Assembly: GCA_030324005.1 (NCBI GenBank)
Contig: JARDVH010000115.1
Coordinates: 12,423,605-12,487,604 of the forward strand
DNA length: 64,000 nt
Origin: Negaprion brevirostris
Lineage: Eukaryota
Direction of reading: 5' to 3'
This document shows positions 12,101 through 24,941 of the stretch, piece after piece (position 1 is the stretch's first letter; each line of letters begins with the position of its first letter). A program made the position numbers and the translations under genes. A model generated the notes under the pieces. The model searched no databases. It had not been told where the DNA came from and worked only from the letters and a program-made list of their open reading frames with translations.

Positions 12101-15100
12101 GCTGACTACTTTCAATGAAATTGACATGAGGTGAGTGGATTTAGCAGCTGCAGTCAGCATAATGAGAGGTATTCAAAGAACTATCATGACCAGTCATGTC
12201 GTTTTATGTGTCTTCATTTAGTTACTGGGAAAACTATTCTCATGTACATGTTTTAGCTTAAGTTAAATTGGTGAGATCTAAGAACAGTAACATAATGAGA
12301 TAATTCCATCTTGTTCTAATTGATGTAGTGAGAGTCTCCACAAAGTGATTCATCTACAGGCATCAGTCAGAACTACCTAAAATTGTTCATTCTTTGCTTT
12401 GAAAGGAGATATCGAAAACTTGTTACATTCCGTTGAGGAGTGGGAGGGAAAGTGGGTGACACAGTTATGGTTTGTTCTTTCTTTCCTAATCCTTTCTGGG
12501 TCTCCCATGTCACAAATATTTATAGCAAAGATTCAAATAACCACCTCCAGCATGTCTGGGACAAACCAGCTGTCAGAAGGCCCATCCTCCAATTATTCCT
12601 TCCCTGTGGTGGGTACAATTAGATTGACAACTTCAGTCTATGGGTAGTTACTGTCACAAACCCATGTTCCACCATCATTGTCTTTCCCTGCGATCTGTTC
12701 TAGTTTCCAATCTTGCTATTTTCTCTCCTACTTCCTCCTTTTCCACCATCACCCCCAACATTTTCCCTATATTGAATAATTGCAGAGCTCTTGTGAAAAC
12801 CTTCAAAGTCAAGGAAAGAGAACATTCGCAAGGCTTTTAAATTAGAAGTAACTAAGGCTACATCTTAAACTATCATTAGGAAATTTCTTTCCGAATGCCA
12901 TTTGAGCCCTTTGGTAAATTGAAACATCATCTCCACTTAAAGACAAACTCCTGTAAATATTTTTCCTAATGTGCTTTTGTTGTAAGATGGACAGACTGCA
13001 CAATATTAATTGAAGGGAAAATATTTGTCTCTTGTGCTGGAAATGATGCTTTTAAAATTTTGTTTAAGAGGCTAATATGCCAGTTTTGGTTTACAGTGCT
13101 TCAGGATAGTGTTGTGTACTGTAATAATACCTATTTAAACAGATTAGCTAAGAATGCACTTTACAAGACTGACATCTGCCTGGAGACTGAAGAGAAGGAG
13201 GGAAGAGATGGGGCAGAGAGATAAACCCTCGAGGGAAAAGCCTGGTCTTTGAATGAAAGCAGTTTAATGATGAGGCAATGAAATTTTGATATAGTTAGAC
13301 TAGAAGATTTTATCATTCCTGGCTCCTTTTCTTGTGTTCTTGCATCTTGGGGATGCCTAATGGTGTTAGGGAAGTAATCCTAGAGTTAATGAGCTTAAGT
13401 GCAGGAAAACAAACAGGGTTAAGGGGAAAACACAGACATGGACACCTTTTATCGGGTCAGTGAATACACTATCCACTTTCACGGGCCTTTAACTGTTTCA
13501 TTGCTAGTTTCATTTGAAACACAGATTCCCACTTATAACAGTCACACTATCCATCTCTCCAGAGAGTTCAGTATTCACTGGCTAGTTTACGACTTCAGTT
13601 CAGTACTGGGGGTTGGAACATTTTTTCCACTTTTGATGCCAAATATGTCATCATGTGCTACAAGATCTGTTTTTTAACTTATTCATGAGATGTGGGTGTC
13701 ATTGCAAAGCTGGTATTTATTCCCCATCCCTAATTGCCCTTGTGAAGGTGGTGGTAAGCTGTTGCTTGAAGCACTGTAGTCCATGTGGTGTAGGAGCACC
13801 CACAGTGCTGTTGGGATTTTGATCCAGATCATACAATGGGTTAGATACAGAATGGAGACCGTTCCCAACATTGTGTATAAATAGGATTATATCTCCTTTG
13901 CAACACTAGTAAAGGAAAACGGAAAAATCTTTGTGGCCCATTATAAGAGCTCGACAGCAAGTGTGTACAGCATTTGTTAAATAAACTCTTATGCAATTCA
14001 GTCTATTCCCCGCGTGATGCGTGTCTATCTATAACGTAAGTAATCTCTATATATATAAATATATGTTGTCCTACCCTGTTTGCACTGCCTTCAAATTATT
14101 TTAAAGATGGAACTTTGGAAGATAGGAACACCTAACCAAAAATCTGTTTTGGTTCTTTATGCTTCTCTGGAGAAATTCTGTCATGCATGCAAGTTGTATT
14201 TGGAATTTGGGTGCAGGCATGGTGGACGATTCGTGAGGGAGTTGGGCAGAGGTGAGCAGGTGTCATTTGGACCCTGGTTGACCCCAAGATCACTTGACAT
14301 ATTCACACAAATAATAAGATGGCCTCTTTCACCTCCCATGATGTCACCTGACTTCACCCTCATCTCAGCTTATCTGTTGCTGAAAGCCGCATTGCATTCA
14401 CTACCACTAGACTCAACTAGTCCAGCTGCTCTCCTGGCTTATTTCCCACATTCCATTTTCCATAAATCTGAGGTCATCCAAAACTCTGCTACCTGTCTTA
14501 ACATGCACCACATTCTATTCTAACTCCCCTGTACTCACTGAGCTGCATTGGCTCTCAGTCAAGCAATATTTTGATTTTCAAGTTCTCATCCTTCTTTTCA
14601 AATCTTTCTCTCGCTTTATCCTTCTCTATCTCCGTAGTCTCCTTCAGCTCCACAACCCTTCAATATCCACAGTATTCCCCATGAGCATCCATGATTTTAA
14701 TCAGTCCACTAGTGGTGGCTGTGCCTTCAGCTGTCCAGATTTGTGGTGGGTGATGTTATGCCAAATTTGTATTCATTCTTGTACTTGCCCAGTTTTTCAA
14801 TGTTATTTCTAACGCGTGCTAAAAGTGCTTCCAGAAAAGGATGAATATATGCAAATGAGGCTTTCGATATCAAGTTTGTTGTCAGCTATCTCAGTAATGG
14901 TAACCATGAAACTATCATCAATTATCATAGGCCCATCTATTTTCTAATATCCTTTAGAGAATGAAATTTGCCAACCTTATCTGGTCTGGCCTAGATGTGA
15001 CTCCAAACCCACAGCAATGTGGCTGACTTGACTACCCTCTGAAATGGCCTTGACGAACACAGTTCAAGGGTATTTAGGGATAGGAAACAACTGCTAGCCT

Positions 15101-18100
15101 TGCCAGCAATGTCTATGTTTCTGTGAAAGAGTAATAAAAAAAAGGGCAAAAAGTGGAATCTCTTCCTTACTGCCTTATAATAAATTTGTTCACAGAATTG
15201 AAGCCCATGGGGTTAAAGGAGCAGCATTAGTTTGGGTAAGGAACAGATATTAATGGTTGTCCTTCAGACTGGAAGGAAGGTGTTAGGGCTGCTGATTTGA
15301 TTTACAGTACTGACCTGGACTTCAGTGTACAGGCCTAGTTTCTAAGTTTGCGGATGCTACAAAATTTGGAAATGTAGTAAACCGTGTGGAGACAATAACA
15401 GACTTCAGAGGAACATAACATAGATTGGAGAAATGAGCTATCAAATGATAGCTCAGGTTTAATGCAGGGAAATCTGAGGTGATGCACTTTGGAATGAAGA
15501 AGAAAAAATGGCTGTATAAACTAAATGGTACAATTTGAAGAGGTGTCAGGAACTTGAGATCTGAAGATTCATGTACACAAAACTTTAAAAGTGAGAAGAC
15601 AAGATGATAAGGCCATTAAACATGGGATTGTTGGCTTTACTAATAGAGGTGTAGAGCACAATATTTAGGAAGTTATATTAAACCTTCATAAGTTACTGGT
15701 TAGCATGAATGCAGTATTCTGTGCAATTCTGGGCGCCAAATGTCAGGATGAATGCCAAAATCTTGGAGAGGGTGCAAAGATTTATCCGAATGATACCAGG
15801 GATGAGAGATTTCAATTATGTGGAGGGAACAAAGAACCTGAGATTGTTCTCCTTAATAGTAGAGAATGTTAAAGGGACATGTCATAGGTGTTCAAGTTAT
15901 GAAGGGGTTTGTTAGAGTAAATGAGGAGAAACTGTTTTCATTTGCAAGAGGATTGGTAACCAGTGAACGCAGATTTAAGAAAATTAAGAGACCAAGCGGG
16001 TGATGCAAATTTCCTTACAGTGAGTTGTAATCTGAAGTGCCCAGCCTGAATTGATAGTGGAAACTTTCAAAAGAGAATTGGATACAAGAAGTTTACAGAG
16101 CTATGAGAAAAGAGCAATAGAGTGGAACTAATTGAATAGCTCTTTCAAGGAGCCGACAGAGGAACAGTAGGCAGGATAGCAGCTGCCTTTGCTGTATGAT
16201 TCTGTGATGATCTCAGAAGTAATGAAGTTGCTGATGACAGCAGGATCAGCTGCCCACTTAAGCTGTTGGACTTAAGGGATCATCACTTCCACCAATATAG
16301 TTTAGTTGCAGATGCTGTAATTGATGATGTTGGATTGTGAGCGTGTGTTTTTTGTTGGATTTCTGGACTTTTCTGCACTCCTATCTAAATGCAGCCAGAA
16401 GAACTAAGTATGCATACTCCTTTAACTGCACTGCTCTGGAAGAGTCAGTAAGCAAGTACAGTAACAACAGCAGAGAGCTCAAAGAAGCAGGAGCTGTAGG
16501 CAAACCTGAAGACGGTAGGTGATAGGTTGGCTCACAAAAACCCACCCTCACAGGTGGATACATAGGTCACCTTCCTGCCCCTGTCAACAGAGCAGTGCCT
16601 CAAGCAATTGGACATGCAGCTTTAGTTGCTGACTCCTGGAAGAAGACCTGGACTGGGGAACCATAAAAGTTTTATTTATTAGTCACAAGTAAGGCTTATA
16701 TTAACATTGCAATGAAGTTACTATAAAATTCCCCTGGTAGTCACAGTTTGGTGCCTGTTTGGGATAATGTACCTAACCGGCCTGTCTTTCAGAATGTGGG
16801 AGGAAACTGAAGCACCTGGAGGAAACCCACACAGACGTGGAGAGAATGTACAAACTCCACACTGACAGTGACCCAGGCCAAGAATTGAACCTGGGTCCCT
16901 GGCACTGAGAAGCAGCAGTGCTAACCAATGTGCCACCATGCCACTCCTTTCATGCTTTTTCACATGCGTGCTAATAGCTTGAACTATAATGCAGCTGGAC
17001 CTTTCCAGATTGCTTGGGGTAACATCTCTGTGGTCTCTCTGACCATCATCTAGAATTGCAACAGACAGGTCATGGATGCTAAGAGTCAGAGGATGCATCA
17101 CTTGGAACAGATGAAAACTATGAAAGTTAGAGGGCCCTGGTCTTTGCTGATAAGCGGGACTTTCCCTGAGTATAGGTCATGATTGCTTGTACACATATGG
17201 TGACTAGGGTACCTCATGACCAGCCAGGGGCACTAATCAGTAGGCAGGGATTTCATTAATAAATCTGCAACTTGTGTGTGATCATGAGTTTCATGCTAAA
17301 CTGTGCCCATTGTGCAGTAAGATGGTATTTTTAAGGTATTCCATTATTCCAATTTCTTCAAATTTGTACAAATAAATCTTGGGTACCAGTTGTCAGAGCT
17401 TGTATAAGATCTGCAAAGGCTGGGTGGCTTGACCTGTTGTTGTAAGGGTCTGGCTGCATCTTCACTATTGATCATTTAATCCAGAGTCGTTTGAATGTAA
17501 ATTTCCATGACACTGTGTCAGTGTCTTAAACATGCTGGAAGTGGACTTCATCATCCAGAGTGACCAAAGTGTTTGGCATTCTTGCCAACACCTTCTGTGT
17601 AATTTGTGCATTTTTCTTTTTGTAACTGGGTCTCAGATTTCCACATTGTTCTCATATTGAGCTGCCGTAGCCCTCCAATGTATCATATCCTAATCTATCC
17701 CTGAGACCGCTATTTACTCCTACTCACTTGAGCTGTGCGACTTGCCAGGTATGAGCTATATTTATGTGCTTTATATGGGTAGCCAGAAGCCCATACAATA
17801 AGCTGACCAGCTTGCTAGTTAAAATCGACCAGGTCTCAACATCGTTCTCATTTGTGAGTATGTTTTACCCTATGGGTTTTTCTTAGTGGTCTCACCATCA
17901 GGCTTACATTTTAACTGGAGCATCTATTTTGCATAAATGATCTTTGCAGTTTCCTTCAGCTAGTTGAGTTATAAAGAAAAGTCTGGTGATCAAGACTTTT
18001 ATAGTTGATTCTCCTACACCCACTGTTTTGTAATTCAGTAATTTGCAATTTATTCAGGATTAATTTTCCTGAGACATATTGAAATATAAACTGACAGTGT

Positions 18101-21100
18101 CACAGGTCAAGTTATAGTATAACAATGTTTATATTTACAATTGTTTCTAGATATAAAGTTCTGTCACAAATTCAAATATTTGGTTTCCTATGAGAAGAAT
18201 TTTTGAGAACAGCGCTCCCCTTTCCTTTTGCTTTGCAATTATGCCTGTTTCTCGTTTACAATAGAATAGTATTCTATTGTAATACTACAATACTGGCCAA
18301 TTTGGTGATAGGAACTATGCTAGCGAAACATGCAAGCAAAAGCTTTGGTGAGAAATGAGAAACAAAACTAACCATAAGTGGACCTGTAAAGACATATCTT
18401 TTATGGCTAGCAGCTGTCACCAGAGTAATGTCCATAGGTGGCAAGGTGACAAATATTTGTCTAAAGCAGCTGGAAAGGCTGAAGTACAGTGCAGTTCATT
18501 GTATGACAGCTCTGCAGTAAGACACAATTCCGCTTGGGTCAAACAGATGGAAATTATAGTGCTGGAGTGGCCCTGTATGAATTGAAAACCTTAAGCTGAT
18601 TTCAGTACTGTGACATAAAAAGTAGGGTAGTTCAAACAATTACAGAAGCCATTCAGATGATAATCAACACAGCACAATGCTATCAAATGCACAGATTTGT
18701 ACTAAGCTATAAGTATTTTGCATAGAAAATGCTACTCAGCTTCCTCTTCACAAAAGCTTAACATGATATTTAATGATGGGAGATATGAGGTAAGTAGTCT
18801 TATTAGTGTAAGGGTTGAGTTACCTCTAAGTGAACGTTTGTTGAGTGAAATTAAAAGTCATTAATGAAAAATAAGAGCTAATAATAACTGTTTATTAACG
18901 TAACTGAAGTGGAGAATGAAGGGAGNNNNNNNNNNNNNNNNNNNNNNNNNNNNNNNNNNNNNNNNNNNNNNNNNNNNTGCATGCTTTTCATTGATTGTTG
19001 CCCACTTCAAATTAATACTATGACAAATGGCACAAATAAAAATAAAATAATTGTGCAATACTTAAACCAGAAACAACTTAGCATCATGAAAAGAACTGGA
19101 GAGGTTCAAGTAGGAAGTAAAACTTGAAAACAGAAAATACTTTTTATGTGACACTTTTCAAAGCTTAAAGCTCTATCCCACGTTTGGTCATCTCTACTTG
19201 TACACGATCCACATAACCCTCAATCCTGTTCCTATGTAGCTGTGCATATCCTTAATGCTGTTAATCATTATGGGAGCTAGTTCTACTAATCTAAAATTTG
19301 CATGGGATTGGAGACAAGAGGAAATGCCTTTGACTCTTGAACCTTACTGATTCATTACTTGTATACAGGCTAAATTAAGTAATCTTACTGCAATGTTGTC
19401 TGCACACTTTAAAAAAAATATACATTTTTTCCATTATCATTTATTTAATGAAAACAAGTATAATTCTGGAAGAATATATTGCAAGAAATACTCAGCAGAT
19501 AGCAAATGTTTAGGACTGACTATTGCAATAATCCACTCAGTATGAAATGAGCGCTATCACAAGGCTAACCACTACTGGGATATATCTCAAGAGCATTTAA
19601 TTAAAATGTCAAATACAAGTTATTCTAACTTTGTGCAATCATTAGTGGCGCAACATTTGCAATGTGCAGCACTGGACACCTTTCAAAATCACCATTGATA
19701 ATTTAGGGGTGTAAAAACATTGACATAACTCTTTCTTCCCAGATTCTGACTGCCTGTTTTATGCATTAAAAGTGCAATGTAAATGCAAGTTTTGTTTTAA
19801 TGCGATTGTTACCAGCAATGACAATGTTTTGCATTTGTTCAATTCTCAGAGCATATTCTCATTACTCAGCTGAAATCAACTTGGTCATTATTCTCAGCTA
19901 TTAATCTCACTTTTCATAGTGTTTTGTTTGAAGTACATGCNNNNNNNNNNNNNNNNNNNNNNNNNNNNNNNNNNNNNNNNNNNNNNNNNNNNNNNNNNNN
20001 NNNNNNNNNNNNNNNNNNNNNNNNNNNNNNNNNNNNNNNNNNNNNNNNNNNNNNNNNNNNNNNNNNNNNNNNNNNNNNNNNNNNNNNNNNNNNNNNNNNN
20101 NNNNNNNNNNNNNTGTAACATTGAGGCACTGAAATACTGTAGAACTGTGCAGGCTTCCTTAAATACTTGTGCTCTCTGCAAAGACTATTGATTTTTTTTG
20201 TCCTTTCACTTGCAGCAACATCCAGGAAATGAGAACTCTACATAAAGAAACCTTCCTCAAGAAGCACAACATGAAGCTTGGTTTCATGTCTGCATTTGTC
20301 AAAGCATCCAGTTTTGCACTGCAGAATCAGCCAGTGGTAAATGCTGGTAAGTAAAACCAAGGACAAATCCAAGTCCTGCCAATAGCTACTTGAGTGGAAA
20401 ACAGTATTTCAAATTTACTTTCCTAGACCAGAGATTGGTGAAGAATGGGTCATTGAATATGTTCAAGACTGAGTTCCATTTTTGATCTCCAAGGGAGTAG
20501 AGACTTATGGGGATAGGCAGAAAAATGAAGTTAAGGCCATAAATTTGCTATGATCTCATTGAATGGCAAAGTAAGCTTGAGGCATCAAGTTGCCTACTCT
20601 TCCCATTTCTTAACATTGTTCATATTTCAAGAGTAATACAGTGATGGTTTTTTTAAAAAGGGTCTCCATAGAGATGAATGAAGTGGCGATTTCAAGAATA
20701 AATTAAAATGAATATTTCAGTGACCCTTAGTGAGTGGAGTTTTAACAAAGTGTTGATAACCATTTTTTGTTTTCATATTTGCTCAACAGATTATTAGCTA
20801 ATAATTTTGCAATTGTTTTAATTTTTTTCAAATGTGCTTTTTTATTTGTATCTGTGTTTCAAGATTAAATGACCTAATTTGAAAAATGTTAGTCTTGTAA
20901 ATATGAAATAAATTGGTCTTTAAGAAAAGCTGCCAGGATTCAACAATGGGAAATCTTTTAATGAATGTAAACATGAGTGATTTATCCCTGTATGGTGGAA
21001 TGGCCACCATAAAATAGCTTAATTTTTTGTAGAAAATTAAAATCTCACGTGAATGAACCACTACTTTGTAGCAGAGTATTTTTTGTCATTTTTCTCCATA

Positions 21101-24100
21101 TTCTTTACATAAGGTAAAATAACAATCTCGATGGTCTTTGTTTTCTAAAGCAAAATTAAATTGAGGGGATGTTACTATTTTTAATATAAAATAAAATCAA
21201 AATCTACTTTACTGTTTGCTTGAATCTCTCGAGGAATTGTTAAATTAACTACTGTTCATCAGTTAAGAGTGGTGTAACATGTTGCCAAGCTTCTCTTAAC
21301 CGAGGAATTGAAGGGTAAAAAATGGGCAGTGTCGCTTCAAGACATGTTGCTCTCTCACCTGGGAAGTGACGCAGAGGAACTTAATTTTTAAAGCAGAAGA
21401 CTGGAAAGCAGAGAAATAACAAAAATTCCATAAAGAGAATGCATTTGGAAAAAGGGCATTAGTAGACGCTGCAACTTGGGCTTGAAATATTTAGACTGTA
21501 CTGTGCAATAGGATGCCTTGTCCATAACACTTGATTCTGCTGCAATGTTACGACATTATTTTTGAATTCAATCACTAGTGCAGCCTGCCAGTGATTTAAT
21601 TTGTTTTCTGTCCAGTTATCGATGATACAACCAAAGAAGTGGTCTACCGAGATTATATAGACATCAGCGTAGCTGTTGCGACACCGAAGGTCAGTATTGT
21701 GCAATATTTATTGGTGGTAACTGGTATCTTTTTTTTCCATCCTTCATGGGATGTGGGCTTCACTGGCTGCAGTTATTGCCTAAGGTGATGGTGACCTGCT
21801 GTCTTGAGCTGCTGCAGTCCATATGCTAAAGGTGCGCCCATAATGCTGTTAATTTGGAAGTTCCAGCATTTTGACCAAGCTATGGTGAAGGGACAGCATT
21901 TTTTTTCCAGGTTGGGATAGTGAGCAACTTGGTTGTGTTGACAGATTAGAAAATATATTTTCTCTGAATTTCTGTGCATTCTCTAAATCTCCGCTTTGAA
22001 GCAGCTTTGGCACGTTTAGTACATTAAAGCCATTATATAAAAGCAAGATGATCATTTTATTTTCTCCCACAGGGCCTGGTTGTCCCCGTAGTCCGAAATG
22101 TTGAAACAATGAACTATGCTGACATTGAGAAAGCAATCAATGAGCTAGGAGAGAAGGTACTTCCTAGTGTTAATTATGATTGTTTAAGGTTTTGGTTCCT
22201 CATGGAATTAATTACTTGTTGGTTTGAGCTGTGACTCTCTGTATTGCTGCTCTTTTAAGCACTGTTACAACAGTGCCCAACTTGCTTCAGTACAGATGGT
22301 GCACTAATATTTTGGGCATGGTGTGTCCATGTTTCTGAATTGGAACAGACAAATCAAAGCCTTGTAGCAAAGCCCAGTAAATTAATTATTACAGAATTGA
22401 ATGTAATTCCATGGAGCAAACTACTTTTTACACAGTGGAGACAAGACTTGAATGGAAAATTAGTATATACAAAGTTTGTATACAAGAACAGAAAATAAGG
22501 GCAATAAAAAGTCCTTAGGAGAAGAGTTATTTGATCATTAGAGCACAGAAGCACATTTGGCCAATTAAGTCCATGCCTGCTCTGTTTACAGCAAACCAAT
22601 CAGCCCTGTTCTATCCCCTAACTGTTAAGTTTATTTTGCTCAAATGCCCATCCAATTTCCTTTCAAAATCTGCTTCCTCCACCCTCTTGGGTAGTCAGTT
22701 CTAGGTGATTATCATTTGCTGCCTAAAACAGATTTTCTGCACATTTCACCCTACATCACTTGCCCAAAACCCTGTGCTATTGAACTTGAGATCTTGTAAG
22801 ATTAACTAATAGGCACAGCTTTTCTTTATCTGATCTAAACCTATCATAATCTTATGCATCACAATTAAATCAACCCTCAGTCTCTTTTGCTTAAAAGAAA
22901 ATAAGCCCAGCTTCTCCATCCTAACCTTGTAGCTAAAATGCCTCACCTTTGGAACCATTCTGGTAAATTTCTTATGCATTGCCTCAGGGACCTTGCATCC
23001 TTTCTAATAACAGAACGGGAAGCAGTACTCTAGTTGTGGTCTAATCGGGGCTTTGTACAGGTTCAGCACAAACCTTCCTGCTTTTGGGCTCAAAACTTTA
23101 TTAATGGAGCCCACGTGCTTTGCCAGCTGTTCTCAACTTGCCACTACCTACAAAGATCTATTTAGATGATTTCCACCGCCCCCGCCAACCCCACCACCAC
23201 CCCAGGTCCCTTTGTCTCTNNNNNNNNNNNNNNNNNNNNNNNNNNNNNNNNNNNNNNNNNNNNNNNNNNNNNNNNNNNNNNNNNNNNNNNNNNNNNNNNN
23301 NNNNNNNNNNNNNNNNNNNTCTCTGTACACATTTTTAGTACTGTGATATTTAGTCTGTATTGTCACTCCCTATTCCTTTTGTCAAAGTACATCATCTCCC
23401 ATTTTGTATGAAGGTGATAGGATGGAAAAATCTAAGATGTAGCTCTTTGAACATGGGGAAAGAAATTCTGACACTTGAAGGACCTAACATGTTTTTGCTA
23501 AATTGCCTTTCTGTAGGCCCGAAAGAATGAATTAGCTATAGAAGACATGGATGGAGGTACTTTCACTATCAGTAATGGAGGGGTGTTTGGCTCAATGTTT
23601 GGGACACCTATTATCAATCCGCCCCAGTCCGCCATCCTTGGCATGCACGGTATCTTCGATAGACCTGTTGCAGTCAAAGGCCAGGTGAGTCTTGTTTTGT
23701 TTCCAGGTTTGTAGTCCCTATTGTAAGTATTGTGCCTTTTCTTTGTGACAGAATAGATTACAGCTTGCTATCAGTACAGTCAGAACATTTTAATATTTTC
23801 CTCACATCTTCAAGTTGCAATGCTGTAATTTTCTGACTGTGGAGCAATCCCGTAGATTTGATATGTACTAGCATGACGTGGAGAGAATTAGCATGTTACT
23901 TTCAAGCTAGGCTTAGACTCCCACTTGACTAATTATTTACAGGAATTGTACAAGTAGAACACAAACTGAAAAGCATAACCTTTTGTACAAAAACCACACA
24001 GTTGTATAAATCTGTTGGAAAAATCAGTTCCACGAGCAGAAATTCTCTTTGACCATTAGTTTTGTTTAGGGAACTGATCTTTCTTCCGTCTTCATCACTA

Positions 24101-24941
24101 TGATAGGTTTGTAATATGCAGGGAAAAAAATTTCTCCCATTATTCTCCCTTGGCACATATAGTGATGTTGAAGTAACACTTTTCACAATTCAGCCCATTT
24201 TGGAAGCTATAATTCAAACTAATAAACACATGAGAAATGTGTCATATTTGTGGCCTATCTGTTAATCAAGTTTAACTGCAAGCAATTCACATGAAATTAC
24301 TTGTTAAAAATAACTGTTCAGATATTACTGTTAAGAGATACATTCCTAACACTCCTCATTTTGATGTTTAACAGTTTCCAGGTTTGCTGGACTGATGGTT
24401 GAATTTATTTTAGAAATTTGCATCAACATTAGTAGCAACTTGAAGAGTTTGCATTACACTGGGGCAGTTGGCAGACGTGTGCTACATTATAGAAACAATG
24501 CCTTATCCTGGTGCAGTAAAGTGTCCTATGTTGGTACTGATGGTAACTGCAGAAACATTGTCTTGCATTATGAATCTTTTGATGACCAGTGAGCAAGTTA
24601 TTCTGTGATGGTGATGGGCTCGGATCATCTAGATCAAATTTTTATGTATTAGTGATGTACCTTTGTTGGCTGAGTGAGTGCATTGCCCTGTTTTTGAAGG
24701 TGGGCTTGTGATAACATTGAATTAACTGGTGGCATAAAATTCCCATTTAAAGGGACAGCCTGTCTCCACTTTCAGCACGTCATGCATGTTTCCATTCTTA
24801 TTGCAGGTTGTGATCCGACCCATGATGTATGTGGCCCTAACCTACGACCATCGTTTAATCGATGGCAGAGAAGCTGTACTTTTCCTCCGAAAAATTAAAG
24901 CTGCAGTTGAAGACCCTCGTGTGCTGCTACTTGACATTTAA
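3150..24941 (+). CDS. DLST: DLST (dihydrolipoamide S-succinyltransferase, OGDH E2), spliced CDS exons 2-15; 5'-partial (exon 1 outside window)
   Basis: 14 GT-AG exons join in frame (1311 nt). They encode the end of the transit peptide, the lipoyl domain ([17 protein letters not shown]...EIETDK), an Ala/Pro linker and the catalytic domain with DHRLIDG. Exon phases and most lengths match the vertebrate DLST structure as I recall it. Confidence 0.98.
4316..4640 (+). mobile_element. CR1 LINE 3' end fragment
   Basis: Decayed CR1 ORF2 C-terminus (atgtttt...ggggtaatccaaaattagg...ttcaggaaaaacatctttacc...tgtggaac) and tail ...tgtgctgtaaat. Confidence 0.65.
4945..4993 (+). CDS. DLST: DLST exon 3 (49 nt, [17 protein letters not shown])
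   Basis: ttttctag acceptor, gtaagt donor, in frame with both neighbours. Confidence 0.85.
5658..5719 (+). CDS. DLST: DLST exon 4 ([20 protein letters not shown]; end of mitochondrial targeting peptide)
   Basis: tttgcag acceptor, gtaagt donor; RHFRTSAV resembles human RFFRTTAV. Confidence 0.92.
6775..6846 (+). CDS. DLST: DLST exon 5 (lipoyl domain start, [23 protein letters not shown])
   Basis: Highly conserved DLST peptide; ttttacag / gtacag sites. Confidence 0.97.
7124..8490 (+). mobile_element. Adjacent decayed LINE (L2/CR1-clade) RT fragments, the second ending in a 3' tail
   Basis: ORF pieces [16 protein letters not shown] and [27 protein letters not shown] (RT PQGS and YADD-like motifs); tail ataaatgctggcc...catatccc...aataaaaaaa. 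Confidence 0.8.
8753..8808 (+). CDS. DLST: DLST exon 6 ([19 protein letters not shown]; lipoyl-lysine motif)
   Basis: 56 nt, ETDK lipoylation motif; ttacag / gttagt sites. Confidence 0.97.
9832..9943 (+). CDS. DLST: DLST exon 7 ([37 protein letters not shown])
   Basis: 112 nt, lipoyl domain C-half; ttccag / gtgctg sites. Confidence 0.97.
10097..10261 (+). CDS. DLST: DLST exon 8 (Ala/Pro-rich flexible linker)
   Basis: tcctag acceptor, gtgagg donor; lies within ORF 10078-10278 ([27 protein letters not shown]...SKP). Confidence 0.93.
10147..10182 (+). repeat. Coding trinucleotide repeat (GCA)6(CCA)5CCT = Ala6-Pro6
   Basis: Read directly in DLST exon 8. Confidence 0.95.
10951..11030 (+). CDS. 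DLST: DLST exon 9 ([27 protein letters not shown])
   Basis: tttccag / gtaggt sites; VSAVKPT and RSEHR conserved. Confidence 0.95.
12033..12130 (+). CDS. DLST: DLST exon 10 ([32 protein letters not shown])
   Basis: 98 nt, start of catalytic domain; tttag / gtgagt sites. Confidence 0.98.
13670..13830 (-). mobile_element. Short interspersed repeat sharing a LINE-type 3' tail; related copies ~14850-15140, ~21730-21930, ~56645-56770, ~63765-63845
   Basis: Recurrent motif gatgtggg..tc.ctgg...catttattgcccatccctaattgccctt in several places in the window. Confidence 0.6.
14330..14740 (+). mobile_element. L2-type LINE 3' fragment
   Basis: ...agactcaactagtccagctgctctcctggc...catccaaaactctgct...ctgcattggctc...ggtggctgtgccttcagc, typical decayed L2 ORF2 C-terminus. 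Confidence 0.6.
15170..16210 (+). mobile_element. CR1 LINE 3' portion (decayed RT)
   Basis: SKFADATK motif (tctaagtttgcggatgctacaaaa), ORF piece QYSVQFWAP...[14 protein letters not shown], tail ctgtatgattctgtga. Confidence 0.8.
16665..16945 (-). mobile_element. tRNA-derived elasmobranch SINE (HE1-like head), near full length
   Basis: - strand A box TGGCACATTGG, B box GGTTCAATTC, body gtgtggagtttgtacattctc...gggtttcctcc, tail ttacttgtgactaataaataaa. Confidence 0.85.
20216..20346 (+). CDS. DLST: DLST exon 11 ([43 protein letters not shown])
   Basis: 131 nt, within ORF 20169-20354; tgcag / gtaagt sites. Confidence 0.98.
21616..21689 (+). CDS. DLST: DLST exon 12 ([25 protein letters not shown])
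   Basis: 74 nt; tccag / gtcagt sites. Confidence 0.98.
22073..22156 (+). CDS. DLST: DLST exon 13 ([28 protein letters not shown])
   Basis: 84 nt; cccacag / gtactt sites. Confidence 0.98.
22535..23410 (-). mobile_element. CR1 LINE 3' portion (contains gap)
   Basis: Reverse-complement CR1 3' end and ORF2 remnants. Confidence 0.65.
23517..23684 (+). CDS. DLST: DLST exon 14 ([56 protein letters not shown])
   Basis: 168 nt; ctgtag / gtgagt sites; near-invariant E2 peptide. Confidence 0.98.
24807..24941 (+). CDS. DLST: DLST exon 15 coding part ([44 protein letters not shown])
   Basis: ttgcag acceptor; catalytic HxxxDG motif; TAA at 24939-24941. Confidence 0.98.
   Translation, partial: VVIRPMMYVALTYDHRLIDGREAVLFLRKIKAAVEDPRVLLLDI

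Noticed and set aside
16870-16945. tRNA-like sequences with A/B boxes (also ~44330, ~54770, ~59285, ~60120, ~63930)
   Set aside because: They are SINE heads continuous with SINE bodies, with no complete cloverleaf or acceptor stem, so they are not tRNA genes.
17250-17900. Minus-strand peptide [21 protein letters not shown], faintly like a Gypsy RT YLDD region
   Set aside because: Frequent stops and no second supporting motif; cannot be called without a database search.
18861-20191. ORF-track entries spanning N runs (also ~23120-23411, ~40469-40879, ~52172-52623)
   Set aside because: They are open only because Ns hide stop codons.
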